Of a stretch of DNA of 36,603 bases, positions 1 to 8,928 are shown one piece after another (positions within the stretch are counted from its first letter, which is position 1; each line of letters opens with the position of its first letter). The notes under the pieces were generated by a model. It was given only the letters and a program-made list of their open reading frames with translations. It was not told the origin of the DNA and did not search any database. This DNA comes from an uncultured Rhodothermales bacterium (lineage in GTDB: Bacteria; Bacteroidota; Rhodothermia; Rhodothermales; Salinibacteraceae). Made by a program: the position numbers and the translations under genes. Where the stretch lies: assembly GCA_964345695.1 (NCBI GenBank), contig CAYFSC010000004.1, positions 1 through 36,603 of the forward strand, given 5' to 3'.

Positions 1-1372
1 GCCCGATCGTCACGTCGTCGATGGCGAAGTCGGGATCGTCGCCGCGCGCCTCGAAACCGACGTTGGAGATGCCGGCGCTGTTCAGCACGGCCGGGGCGTC
101 GCCGAGGGAGTCGAGGGGCACTTCCACGCGGGCCCACGATCCGCTCTGCGGAAGGCCCACCTGCGTGCCGTTGTCGAACGTGAAGCCCCCCGGGCGCCCG
201 CTATCGCCTTCCGGCGTCTCGACGAACACGAAGATGGAGTCGCCGGGGGTGCCGTTCGCCAGGAAGGACACCACGTCGCTGCCCGTGACGTTGACGAACA
301 GGTCCGAGCCATCGCTGCTGTAGTTGTAGCCGAAGCACCCGGTTCCCTGTACGGTGCGCGCGGTAAAGCCGTCACTCTGCTCGGCCACGTCATTGGAGCT
401 TCCGAAGGTTGGCGGGCAGAACGGCGGGCCGTACGCGAGCGATGTGCGCTCGAAGTCCTCAATCTCCACCTGCGCCGCGTCTGCGTCCCCGAGCATCAGC
501 TGGTCGACCTGATACGTCACCGCCTGGTCGGCCGACAGGCTCACGCTGAGCAGCGGGCCGTTCCCACCGGCGCGCGTCGCCACGGGGTTGAAGTCGGCCC
601 CAATCTGCGAGAGGACGATGCCGTATTTGAGCCACTGGCTTCCGGCGTTCACCGGCACCGTAAACGTGTGCTCCGTCTCGGCCCCATTGGCCTCTTCGGT
701 GAAGGTGAGCGTGAGGTTGAAGTCGGTGTCCGGGTTCGGTCTCACGAGGAACGTGAAGCGGTCAGCGTTCGGAGCACTCGCGCGACGCTCGAAGGTGACG
801 GCGCCCGATCCGCTAGCGTTCACCTCCATGGCACGGATGCCGTTGCTGCCCGACGCCACGTCATTAACGATACTGAACGTCGTACCCCCGGAGGCCATCG
901 AGTCGCGCTGCGCGTCTTCATAGTCGGCAACGACGGCAAAGCGGCTCGTGAAGTCGCTCGTCACCACGAAGGGGGCGACGCTTACGCCAACGGAGTCGAC
1001 GATCTCTCCACTGCCGGTGGGCGAGCGCACAACCACCGTTTCCTGCACGATGCCCGACACGGATTCGTTCACGCCGACGGACCACGTCTGCGACCCGTTG
1101 GAGGGGTCCCCATTCTCGGCGGCCTTGGTCAGCGACAGCACGCCCGAGCCTTCCGCCGTAGGGTGCGTCTCGAGCCCCTGGTACTGCACGTCGAAGTTGA
1201 CGGTGCTCTCGGCGCCGGAGATCACGAGACTCAGCGACGAGGCCGAGACGGACACATTCGCCTGAATGTCGAAGTCGTCGACGCTGGTCGGGCTGTCGTC
1301 GCAGGCCGTGAGAGCGCCCCCGACGAGAACGAGAAGCGCGAAACCGAGAAGCAGCGTGATGGAGCGTCGCAT
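1..1372 (-). CDS. PUL-associated surface lipoprotein with two CBM-like beta-sandwich halves, in the SusE/F position; 3' end runs off the window
   Basis: Not in the ORF track because it has no stop inside the window. Reverse-strand reading from the ATG at 1372-1370 gives MRRSITLLLGFALLVLVGGALTAC-DD (signal peptide plus lipobox Cys). At the segments I hand-translated (start, about 620-660, left end) it is open in this frame, and the track lists no stop-bounded ORF in this frame. It ends ...VGFEARGDDPDFAIDDVTIG at base 2. Lies directly downstream of SusD on the same strand. Confidence 0.7.
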   Translation of the reverse strand, partial: MRRSITLLLGFALLVLVGGALTACDDSPTSVDDFDIQANVSVSASSLSLVISGAESTVNFDVQYQGLETHPTAEGSGVLSLTKAAENGDPSNGSQTWSVGVNESVSGIVQETVVVRSPTGSGEIVDSVGVSVAPFVVTSDFTSRFAVVADYEDAQRDSMASGGTTFSIVNDVASGSNGIRAMEVNASGSGAVTFERRASAPNADRFTFLVRPNPDTDFNLTLTFTEEANGAETEHTFTVPVNAGSQWLKYGIVLSQIGADFNPVATRAGGNGPLLSVSLSADQAVTYQVDQLMLGDADAAQVEIEDFERTSLAYGPPFCPPTFGSSNDVAEQSDGFTARTVQGTGCFGYNYSSDGSDLFVNVTGSDVVSFLANGTPGDSIFVFVETPEGDSGRPGGFTFDNGTQVGLPQSGSWARVEVPLDSLGDAPAVLNSAGISNVGFEARGDDPDFAIDDVTIG

Positions 1373-1473
1373 GTCAACAATGAGATGGGTGAACAACACG
1401 GTGGAATCAGGCAGGCCGCGCGGACGGCAGGGGTGCGGCCATCGCGCACGAAGAAGGGGAGCGGCGGACGCGC

Positions 1474-3084
1474 TTAGTACCCCGGGTTTTGGTCGAGATT
1501 CGGGTTCGCGAGCAACTCGGAGGAAGGCAGTGGATAAAGCGCGAGGTGGTCGGACGTGGAGGTTCCCTCCTGTACGTCGCCCTTCCACGGCCACACGAAC
1601 TCGCCGCCCGTGAAGCGCCCGTACCGGATGAGATCGGTGCGGCGGGTGGCCTCCCATAGAAGTTCGCGCGCCCGCTCGTTGAGAATAAACTCGGGCGTAA
1701 GCTCCGACGCCGTGATCGCGCCGCTGTCGTCGCCGTAGGCGCGCTCGCGCAGATCGTTCACGAGCGAGACGGCGCGCTCCATGCTTCCCCCTCCGCCACG
1801 GGCGACAGCCTCGGCGTACATGAGATAGGCATCTGCCAGGCGGAACATCGGATAATCCGTGTCGGGGAAGCCCAGGTCTTTGCCCGGCTCGCCCGTGGAG
1901 GTAATGTTCTGGTACTTCGGCACCGCGTACCCGTTGGTGAAGTCGGTGAGCGCGCTGATTTCGAGCGACTGCCCGTCGGTGAAGAAGGCGTCGCTGCCCG
2001 TGTTCTCGAACGCGGGGCGCGTGTCGCCGCTGGCGTACAGGTCGACGGTCGCGCGCGTCGTGCGGAGGCCGGCCCATCCGGCATCGAGGCCGAAGGTGCC
2101 CGGATCCATCGTGCCGCCCACCGACGCGTGCGCCAGATAGGTGGTGCCGCCAAAGTGCTGTGTGCGATCGCCGTCCTGCGGAATCGCGAAGATGATTTCG
2201 TTCGACGTGTGGTTGTCCGCAAGGAACAGGTCGTGGTAGTCTTCTTCGAGACTGTATGCGCCCGAGTCGATGATCTCGGACGTGACACTCACGACATCCG
2301 ACGACCGGTCTTCCCCTACGTAGACGGGAGCGTTCTGATACAGCTTCGCCAGCACCATGAGCGCCGCTCCGCGGTCAGCACGTCCGTACTCGGCTTCTCC
2401 GATGGACGGCAGGTTCTCCTCGCCCTCGCCGTCGGTAATGGCACGGAGTTCCTGCTCGACGAAGTTGAAGACCTCCTGCCGCGTGCTCTGCTCCGGCGGC
2501 GTGCCGCCCCGCGGAAAGTCCTCGGTGACGACCGGAATGTTGCCGAAGAGGTCCACCCCATGCCAGTAGCTCAGCGCGCGCAGGAACCGGGCCTCGGCGC
2601 GCCACTGCGGCATCTTGGCGCGCACGTCGTCATCCACGTTGCGCGCGTCGAGCCGGGCGGGGGCCGATTGCCGCAGGAATTCGTTGACGTGCGACACCTG
2701 GAAGAAAATCCGGGCGTACATCGCCGAACTGAATCCGTTCGACGGCGACCAGGTCATCGTGTTGAGCTCCTGGACGTTGCCGTCGTTCCAGGCAATCACG
2801 GCGCCGTCGGTCGGCAGCTCCTGCATCTGCCACCACAGACGCACGTACTGCGAAAAGCCCTCGTCGATCTGCCCGAGGTCGCCGTTCCCGGCCGGACCCT
2901 GCTGGCCGGTCACGTTCAGCCCACCGTACAGCTTGGCGAGGTACGATTTATACGAGCCGTCTTCCGCAAAGACATCCTCGGCCGACGCCTGGCTCTTCGG
3001 ATTGACGGCCACGTCGGTGCATGCCGTCGTTCCGAGAAGGACACCGAAAGCAAGAACGAGAAAAGTGATTCGTTTCGACATCAT
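1474..3084 (-). CDS. SusD/RagB family nutrient-binding outer-membrane lipoprotein
   Basis: Track ORF 1474..3126 trimmed to Met15 (MMSKRITFLVLAFGVLLGTTAC, lipoprotein signal). Size about 535 aa. Sits 12 bp downstream of a SusC-type gene. Overall length, pairing and C-terminal region fit the SusD family. Confidence 0.9.
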   Translation of the reverse strand: MMSKRITFLVLAFGVLLGTTACTDVAVNPKSQASAEDVFAEDGSYKSYLAKLYGGLNVTGQQGPAGNGDLGQIDEGFSQYVRLWWQMQELPTDGAVIAWNDGNVQELNTMTWSPSNGFSSAMYARIFFQVSHVNEFLRQSAPARLDARNVDDDVRAKMPQWRAEARFLRALSYWHGVDLFGNIPVVTEDFPRGGTPPEQSTRQEVFNFVEQELRAITDGEGEENLPSIGEAEYGRADRGAALMVLAKLYQNAPVYVGEDRSSDVVSVTSEIIDSGAYSLEEDYHDLFLADNHTSNEIIFAIPQDGDRTQHFGGTTYLAHASVGGTMDPGTFGLDAGWAGLRTTRATVDLYASGDTRPAFENTGSDAFFTDGQSLEISALTDFTNGYAVPKYQNITSTGEPGKDLGFPDTDYPMFRLADAYLMYAEAVARGGGGSMERAVSLVNDLRERAYGDDSGAITASELTPEFILNERARELLWEATRRTDLIRYGRFTGGEFVWPWKGDVQEGTSTSDHLALYPLPSSELLANPNLDQNPGY

Positions 3085-3138
3085 GGTACAAGCAGAATTA
3101 GGTGATGAGGTCTCGACAACCGGCATGCTTACACACTG

Positions 3139-6100
3139 TTAGAGCTGAACATTCACGCCCGCGGTGAAGGTTCGAGACCGAGGGAAAAGATTGTTATCGA
3201 TGCCGACGACTTCGGGATCGGGTCCCGAGTATCCGGTGATGACAAACGCGTTCTGAATGGTGCCGAACGCGCGGATCCGGTCGACCCCCGGGAGATCGCG
3301 GAGCGTGTAACCGACCGTCACGTTGTCGAGCCGCAGGAAGGACGCGTCCTCCACGTAGTAGTCGGAGAAGAACTGCGGCGTCTGGAAGTTGGTCGTCAGG
3401 ACCGACTCGTGCACGTTCGAGGGCGCAAAGTTCGTCAGCCGGTCAAACCGGCCGAAGTTGGACGACACGTTGTTGTACACGTGGTTGCCCAGATGCGCCC
3501 GCAGCGTGAAGCTGAAGTCGAAGTTTCCGTACGTCAGGCGCGAGGTGTGTCCCAGAATCCAGTCGGGCTGCGGGCTTTCGTCCACTACGCGATCGTCCTC
3601 GTTGATGACGCCGTCGCCGTTCTGGTCGACGTACATGTCGAGGTCGTTCGCCACGCCATCGCCGTTGTGATCCACGCCGTCCGTCAGCGGATCGCCGTTG
3701 TCATTGCGCTTGTGCTGCAGCACAAAGAACGAGTTGATCGCCTCCCCCTCGCGGATGATCTGGACGGTATTGCCGATGCCGCCGCTGATGCCGCCAGTGG
3801 GAATGCCTTCGCCGGCGCGGGTCACCTGAAGAAGCTCGTTGTCGTTCGTAGAGACGTTAAACTGGGTGTTCCACGAGAAGTCTTCCGTGGTGAGCACCAT
3901 CCCGTCGATGCTGAACTCGAAGCCCTCATTTCGCATCGAGCCGATGTTGGTCAGGATCCGGTCGCTCAGGTTGGATCCGCCCGGCGCGGGCACGGTGAAG
4001 AGCAAGTCGTCGGTATCTTTCACGTAGTACTCGAAGGAGCCGGAGACGCGTCCGTCGAGGAGGCCGTAGTCGAAGCCGAGATTCCAGGTGGTCGTCTCCT
4101 CCCACTTGATGGTCTCGTCGGCGGCACTGGGGCGCAGCGTGCTCACAAACTCGTCGCCGAACTGCACCTGCGCGAGCGGGCCGCCTGGCGTCCACAGCGA
4201 GGAGAACTGGAAGTCGCCGATCTCCTGGTTGCCCGCCACGCCCCAGGAGGCGCGCACCTTCAGGTTCGACAGCCAGTCGATGTCCTGGATGAACGACTCC
4301 TGATGGACGCGCCAGGCGAGCGCGGCCGACGGGAAGGTGCCCCACTGGTTTTCGGGTCCGAAGCGCGAGGACCCGTCGCGCCGCACGGTGGCCGTGAGCA
4401 GGTAGCGATCCTTGAACGTGTAATTGAGCCGGGCGAAACCGGAGATGAGGCGGTTCGGGATCTCGGTGACGAATGTGCTCGTGTTCTCGGCCTCGCTCAC
4501 CGGGTCGGTGCTGTTCGGACCCAGGAAGTTGTTGTTGAGCCCACGCGCCGTAAATTCGGGAAACTCGGCGTGGAACTCCTGCCACGAGTAGCCCGCCGTG
4601 GCGTTGACGCTGCTTTCGATCGCGTCGAAGTCGCGATCGTACGTGAGAAACGCGTCGAACAGCTCGTTCGTGCGCGAGAAGTTGGCGCGATCAATCTGGC
4701 CGGCCTGGTCGTCGGCCTCGTCCTGCCCTTTCAGGAACGTGGGCTGGAAAAACTCGCGCTCGCCGCCCTGCAGGTCAAACCCCCCCTTGATCCGCGCGCT
4801 CAGGCCCGTAACGTACGGAATGCGCACCTCGGCCTCCACGTTGCCGAGGACCCGGTTCGTCTCACCGTTGTTTTGCGTCAGGATGTACGTTGCAACCGGG
4901 TTGTTCTCGGCCAGCGTCAGCCCCGGCTGATCCCACTCAAAAAAGCCGCCGAACTCGCTGTTCGGATCGCGAATCGGCTGGGTCGGATCGAAGCTCGCCG
5001 AACTCCCGACGAGGCCCGGCTCAAACCGGTTGTCCGTCTTCGATCCGCGCAGGCTCGTGCGAATCGTAAGGTGGTCGTCGAGCAGGTCCTGGTTAAACTT
5101 GAACGACAGGCTGGTTCGCTTCGTCTCGGAGGTCTCCAGCACACCCTCCTGGTCGAGGTAGCCGAGCGACAGGCGGAAGCTCGACTCGTCGTAGCTGCGC
5201 GAGAAGCTGAGGTTGTGCTCGTGTGCAATGGCCTGGCGCTCCACGGCGTCCTGCCAGTCCGTGTTCGCATCGCCGAGAAGGTTCATCTGACTCGGCGCCT
5301 GCTCGCGCACGACCTGCCGAAACTGGTCGGCATCGAGCACGTCGACGCGGTCGGCCACGTTAAAGCTGGACACCGAGCCGTTGTAGCTCACGCGCCCGTC
5401 GTCGCCCTCCTCGGCCCCCTTCGTCTCGATAATGATGACGCCGTTGGCGCCGCGCGAGCCGTAGATGGCCGTCGACGAGGCGTCCTTCAGCACGGTGACG
5501 TTCGCAATGTCGTTCGGGTTGAGGAAGTTGAGCGGATTGCGCGAGGCTTGATTGCCGTCGTTGTCGATGGGCACGCCATCGACGACAAAGAGCGGCGAAC
5601 TATCGGCGTTGACCGACGTGGCCCCGCGAATGCGAATGAACGACGCCGCGCCGGGTGCACCGCTCGTCGACGAAATCTGCACGCCCGCCACCTTCCCGGA
5701 AATGAGCTGCTCGGGGCTTACCACGTTGCCCTTGTTGAACTCGGCCGTGTTCACCTTCTGAACGACGCCTGTTAGGTCGCGCTCCTCCTGCTGGCCGTAC
5801 CCCACGACGACGAGCTCCTGCAGCTGCGCCACGTCCTCTTCAAGGGTGACGTCGATGGTGGTCTGATCGCCGACGCGCACTTCCTGAGTGAGATAGCCCA
5901 CGAAGGAGAAGACGAGTACGGCATCCGGCCCCGACACGGTAATCTCGTACTCGCCGTCCGTGTTGGTCGTGGTCCCCGTGCTCGTTCCCTGCACAGATAC
6001 GTTGGCCCCTGGCAACGGCTGATCGGTGGCGCCGTCGATGACCGTGCCGGACACGGTTTTCTGCTGTGCCAGCGCCAGGCTCACGCAGAGCAGGGAGAGA

Positions 6101-6156
6101 AAAACGCTGGTGACGAGGGTCTTGATCGCAGTGCGTCGCATGTCGATAAGGGTCAT
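3139..6156 (-). CDS. SusC/RagA family TonB-dependent outer-membrane transporter
   Basis: 1005-aa ORF. Signal peptide, then a carboxypeptidase-regulatory-like domain (VSGTVIDGATDQPLPGANVSVQGTSTGTTTNTDGEYEI). Plug region (VVVGYGQQEERDLTG..; FIRIRGATS; LFVVDGVPI). Long beta-barrel ending in an aromatic-rich C-terminus (..TAGVNVQL). Alternative start at Met6 (6141). Confidence 0.92.
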   Translation of the reverse strand: MTLIDMRRTAIKTLVTSVFLSLLCVSLALAQQKTVSGTVIDGATDQPLPGANVSVQGTSTGTTTNTDGEYEITVSGPDAVLVFSFVGYLTQEVRVGDQTTIDVTLEEDVAQLQELVVVGYGQQEERDLTGVVQKVNTAEFNKGNVVSPEQLISGKVAGVQISSTSGAPGAASFIRIRGATSVNADSSPLFVVDGVPIDNDGNQASRNPLNFLNPNDIANVTVLKDASSTAIYGSRGANGVIIIETKGAEEGDDGRVSYNGSVSSFNVADRVDVLDADQFRQVVREQAPSQMNLLGDANTDWQDAVERQAIAHEHNLSFSRSYDESSFRLSLGYLDQEGVLETSETKRTSLSFKFNQDLLDDHLTIRTSLRGSKTDNRFEPGLVGSSASFDPTQPIRDPNSEFGGFFEWDQPGLTLAENNPVATYILTQNNGETNRVLGNVEAEVRIPYVTGLSARIKGGFDLQGGEREFFQPTFLKGQDEADDQAGQIDRANFSRTNELFDAFLTYDRDFDAIESSVNATAGYSWQEFHAEFPEFTARGLNNNFLGPNSTDPVSEAENTSTFVTEIPNRLISGFARLNYTFKDRYLLTATVRRDGSSRFGPENQWGTFPSAALAWRVHQESFIQDIDWLSNLKVRASWGVAGNQEIGDFQFSSLWTPGGPLAQVQFGDEFVSTLRPSAADETIKWEETTTWNLGFDYGLLDGRVSGSFEYYVKDTDDLLFTVPAPGGSNLSDRILTNIGSMRNEGFEFSIDGMVLTTEDFSWNTQFNVSTNDNELLQVTRAGEGIPTGGISGGIGNTVQIIREGEAINSFFVLQHKRNDNGDPLTDGVDHNGDGVANDLDMYVDQNGDGVINEDDRVVDESPQPDWILGHTSRLTYGNFDFSFTLRAHLGNHVYNNVSSNFGRFDRLTNFAPSNVHESVLTTNFQTPQFFSDYYVEDASFLRLDNVTVGYTLRDLPGVDRIRAFGTIQNAFVITGYSGPDPEVVGIDNNLFPRSRTFTAGVNVQL

Positions 6157-6361
6157 TCAAGCGGGGATGTGCGAAGGTGCCATTCGTTGCTGGACGTCTG
6201 TTGCCGGAAGCCAAGGACACCGCGTCCAGCGCACCGCGATTGTCTTTTTTGCGGCACGAAACCGTCGCGGCACGAACGGCTCCTTGAAGATGGCGTTGCC
6301 GTGGATGCGCTGCTAGGCAGTTCGTCCACGCGGTGGATTAGGTGCTCTCATGGCAGCATGG

Positions 6362-6389
6362 GAATGGTCAACAGGGAATGGTCAACAGG
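6362..6389. repeat. perfect tandem duplication (2 x 14 bp) GAATGGTCAACAGG in the lacI-susC spacer
   Basis: Read directly and anchored on track ORF 6350 (codons tgg gaa tgg tca aca ggg aat ggt caa cag gga). Each unit contains TTGACC on the minus (susC-sense) strand. Confidence 0.8.
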
Positions 6390-6438
6390 GACAGAGGGAT
6401 TTCAGGGAAAAGGGAGTCGGACGAAACAGCACGGGGCG

Positions 6439-7455
6439 CTACGGGGATGGGTTTTGGCTTGTCGTACGGGCGACGAGGGTCGGTCTGAAAACCGTGCTGG
6501 AAGGCGACCGGCCGGGGTCCTGCAATCGGAGAAGCAGCTTTTCGACCGCAAGCGTGCCCAACTCCCGCATCGGCTGCGACAGCGTCGAAAGGCCGATGTA
6601 GCGGCTCACCCGAAGATCGTCGAAGCCGATCAAAGCGACCTCGTCGGGGATTCTCACGCCGCGCTCCTGGGCGACCTCCAAGGCGCCGAGCGCCAGCGTG
6701 TCCGACACAGCAAAAACGGCGTCAGGCGGCGGCGTCATGTCGATCAGGACGCCCATCGCCTCTTTGCCCGTCTCTTCCCGGAACTCGTACGGCGGCTCGC
6801 CCCGCTCCACGATCAGCGCGTCTTCCACCGGACGGCCGGCTTCCCGAAGAGCCTTCTTGTACCCCTCCAAACGCTGCGCGGCCGCGACGGACTCGGATGG
6901 AGGAACCGTAATGTGAGCGATGCGACGGAAACCCTGGTCGATCAGGTGCTTGGTCGCCAGATATCCTCCCAACACATTGTCCATCGACACCGAGTCGAAT
7001 CCGGAATGCTCGGCGTCCACCAGTGCAACCGGAAGATCGCCTCTGATGAGCCGGTCGGCCACCGCTTTGCTCGGCGTCATGGACAGCAAGAGCAGGCCCT
7101 CCGAGCGACCCCGCTGAGAGGCGCGATCAATCTGATTGGTGGCCTGCTGGGGATTCGACGCGGCAAAAGCGATCAGATCAAGGTCAGTCGCGCGCTGCTC
7201 CAGCGCCTCCTGCATCCCGCGAAGAACGTTGACGTAGAAGTCGTTCGCCATGACCGGGATGACAACGGCGAGAGTGTCGGTCTTCTGGCGGGCTAAGCTT
7301 TTGGCCGTCACATGCGGCCGGTAGTTCAAGGCGCGGGCGGCATCTTCGACGCGTTCGCGGGTTTCGCTCGATACCCGTGAGCTTCCATTCAGAACACGAG
7401 ACACCGTGGCGGTAGAGACTTCAGCCCTCTCAGCGATGTCGTAGATGGTAGCCAC
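6439..7455 (-). CDS. LacI/GalR family transcriptional regulator
   Basis: N-terminal HTH (ATIYDIAERAEVSTATVSRVLNGSSRVSSETRERVEDAARALNYRPHVTAKSLA) followed by a periplasmic-binding-protein-like sugar-binding core. GTG start. Same strand as, and upstream of, SusC. Confidence 0.9.
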   Translation of the reverse strand: MATIYDIAERAEVSTATVSRVLNGSSRVSSETRERVEDAARALNYRPHVTAKSLARQKTDTLAVVIPVMANDFYVNVLRGMQEALEQRATDLDLIAFAASNPQQATNQIDRASQRGRSEGLLLLSMTPSKAVADRLIRGDLPVALVDAEHSGFDSVSMDNVLGGYLATKHLIDQGFRRIAHITVPPSESVAAAQRLEGYKKALREAGRPVEDALIVERGEPPYEFREETGKEAMGVLIDMTPPPDAVFAVSDTLALGALEVAQERGVRIPDEVALIGFDDLRVSRYIGLSTLSQPMRELGTLAVEKLLLRLQDPGRSPSSTVFRPTLVARTTSQNPSP

Positions 7456-7481
7456 AAAACCAGGGCGCTGGGGGACGGTTG

Positions 7482-7495
7482 TGTAAGCGGTTACA
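7482..7495. promoter_or_regulatory. candidate LacI-family operator TGTAAGCGGTTACA (one mismatched pair)
   Basis: Fits the generic LacI/CcpA-type consensus TGWAANCGNTNWCA. Lies 27-40 bp upstream of the lacI-like GTG start. Shares TGTAA/TTACA half-sites with the 7700 site. Coordinates could be off by 1. Confidence 0.5.
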
Positions 7496-7699
7496 TAATC
7501 GGAGTGTTAACCGATCAACATCAAGAGCCGACTCCTTCAGAATAGACTATTTGACATTCGCTTCACGTAAATGACTTCCAGAGCACATCCGCTCATTCTC
7601 TCCCTGCGCCTCTACCGATGTTAGAGGAGGTCCGGTCTGGCATTTTTGGTTTGGTCGCGTCGAGTTTATCCCTCGAATGCCGCCGGCGGGCTTGGTTTT

Positions 7700-7713
7700 T
7701 GTAACCGGTTACA
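7700..7713. promoter_or_regulatory. candidate LacI-family operator, perfect 14-bp palindrome TGTAACCGGTTACA
   Basis: Perfect dyad matching TGWAANCGNTNWCA. About 245 bp upstream of the lacI-like start. Anchored on track ORF 7677 codons (ttt gta acc ggt tac att). Confidence 0.5.
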
Positions 7714-8010
7714 TTTCTGCTCATCCTAACACCTTCAAGCCCCGTTTGTCGGAGAAATTCGGTGTCGATACGGGCGACGCGACGGACGACGCCCGGCCGA
7801 GGACACGCAGCGGGCGACGGCGCAAAACGGCGCCCAAACGAGCCCGAACACCTGGTCGGTGACGACCGGGAGGCCTTGGTCCTCCTGCGGGCAGAGCATG
7901 TGCGGCTGGCGTTTGGAGCGCGATCCGCGAAATCGCAGGCGGGAACCGTCCGCCGAGCAACTTCTCATGCTTTCCAGTAGCGGCGTGACCGTCTCCGCAG
8001 CCGGCCCCGG

Positions 8011-8898
8011 TCAAGCATCGCGGGCCGGGACCCTCCCCCACGCAATCCGCGGATGCCCGGACAAATCCTGTTCAACATGCACGTCGGTCAGGGACGCCTT
8101 CTGGAATGCGTCCCCGACGCCGCTTGCATGCTTGGCGTGACACTCAACCAGGAGAAGACCGGACGGTGTGCAGAGAGTCGGCGCAACCTCCGCCAATCTG
8201 CGGTAAAACCGAAGCGGATCATCGCCTGCAAAGAGCGCTACAGCCGGATCATGCTCTCTGACCACTGCAGGCAGGGAGGGCGCTTCCTCGCGCGGGATGT
8301 AAGGCGGATTGGAGACAATGGCATCCATTCTTGGGGGCGATCGATGCAGAACGTCCTCCGAAAACAGATCCGCTTCGTAGAATTGAACATGCAGATCCAG
8401 CTGTCGTGCGTTTTGCTGGGCGATCTCTAACGCATCCGAGCTTACGTCGCACGCATACACCTCGGCATCCGAACGTTCGTGCTTCACGGCCAGAGCGATG
8501 CAGCCGCTGCCCGTCCCGATGTCGAGCACGCGGGGCGCCTCGACGTCGGACAGCAGAGCGAGGAGCCGTTCGACGACCTCTTCGGTCTCGGGCCGGGGAA
8601 CCAGCACGTCTGGAGTGACCTGCAGCCGGAGACCGTAAAACTCGTCGTACCCCAAGACGTGCTGCATGGGCTCTCCCTCTGCGCATCGGTGTACCATGGT
8701 CCGGTAGCGGGCGGCAGCCGCCTCGGGCACCTGAGACTCCGGATGGGCGAACAGGTCGACGCGCCGCGCTTTGATAACGTCGGCCAACAACCACTCCGCC
8801 ACGCGACGGGGAGACTCCTGCTCAGCCTCCAGGAGCCGTTGATGCCCCCACCTCAGCAGACGGCGGCGGGACGGCGGCGGGGCGGCGGATTCTGTCAT
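8011..8898 (-). CDS. prmC: peptide chain release factor N5-glutamine methyltransferase (PrmC/HemK)
   Basis: SAM-binding motif VLDIGTGSGCIALA and the catalytic NPPY motif (IVSNPPYIP). Typical length, 295 aa. Confidence 0.9.
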   Translation of the reverse strand: MTESAAPPPSRRRLLRWGHQRLLEAEQESPRRVAEWLLADVIKARRVDLFAHPESQVPEAAAARYRTMVHRCAEGEPMQHVLGYDEFYGLRLQVTPDVLVPRPETEEVVERLLALLSDVEAPRVLDIGTGSGCIALAVKHERSDAEVYACDVSSDALEIAQQNARQLDLHVQFYEADLFSEDVLHRSPPRMDAIVSNPPYIPREEAPSLPAVVREHDPAVALFAGDDPLRFYRRLAEVAPTLCTPSGLLLVECHAKHASGVGDAFQKASLTDVHVEQDLSGHPRIAWGRVPARDA

Positions 8899-8928
8899 CG
8901 CAATTGCGGGGAGATCAGGCGCGCGGCT

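Noticed and set aside
3409-5775. 788-aa plus-strand ORF fully antisense to SusC. Similar long shadow ORFs: 9843..10946(+), 17098..18423(-), 19684..20862(-), 24111..25043(+), 25095..26075(+), 27489..29135(+), 34679..35776(-), 12440..13306(-).
   Set aside because: Their translations are Arg/Gly/Ala/Pro/Val-rich low-complexity sequence with no family motifs. Each lies exactly opposite an ORF with strong, specific signatures. Long stop-free antisense frames are expected in high-G+C DNA.
7677-8041. Small ORFs inside the prmC-lacI spacer: 7677..7862(+), 7721..8041(-), 7735..7968(-), 7762..7980(+), 7859..8140(+).
   Set aside because: No motifs and a basic, low-complexity composition. They are mutually overlapping in several frames, and one runs into prmC. 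The region is treated as non-coding and flagged as a finding instead.
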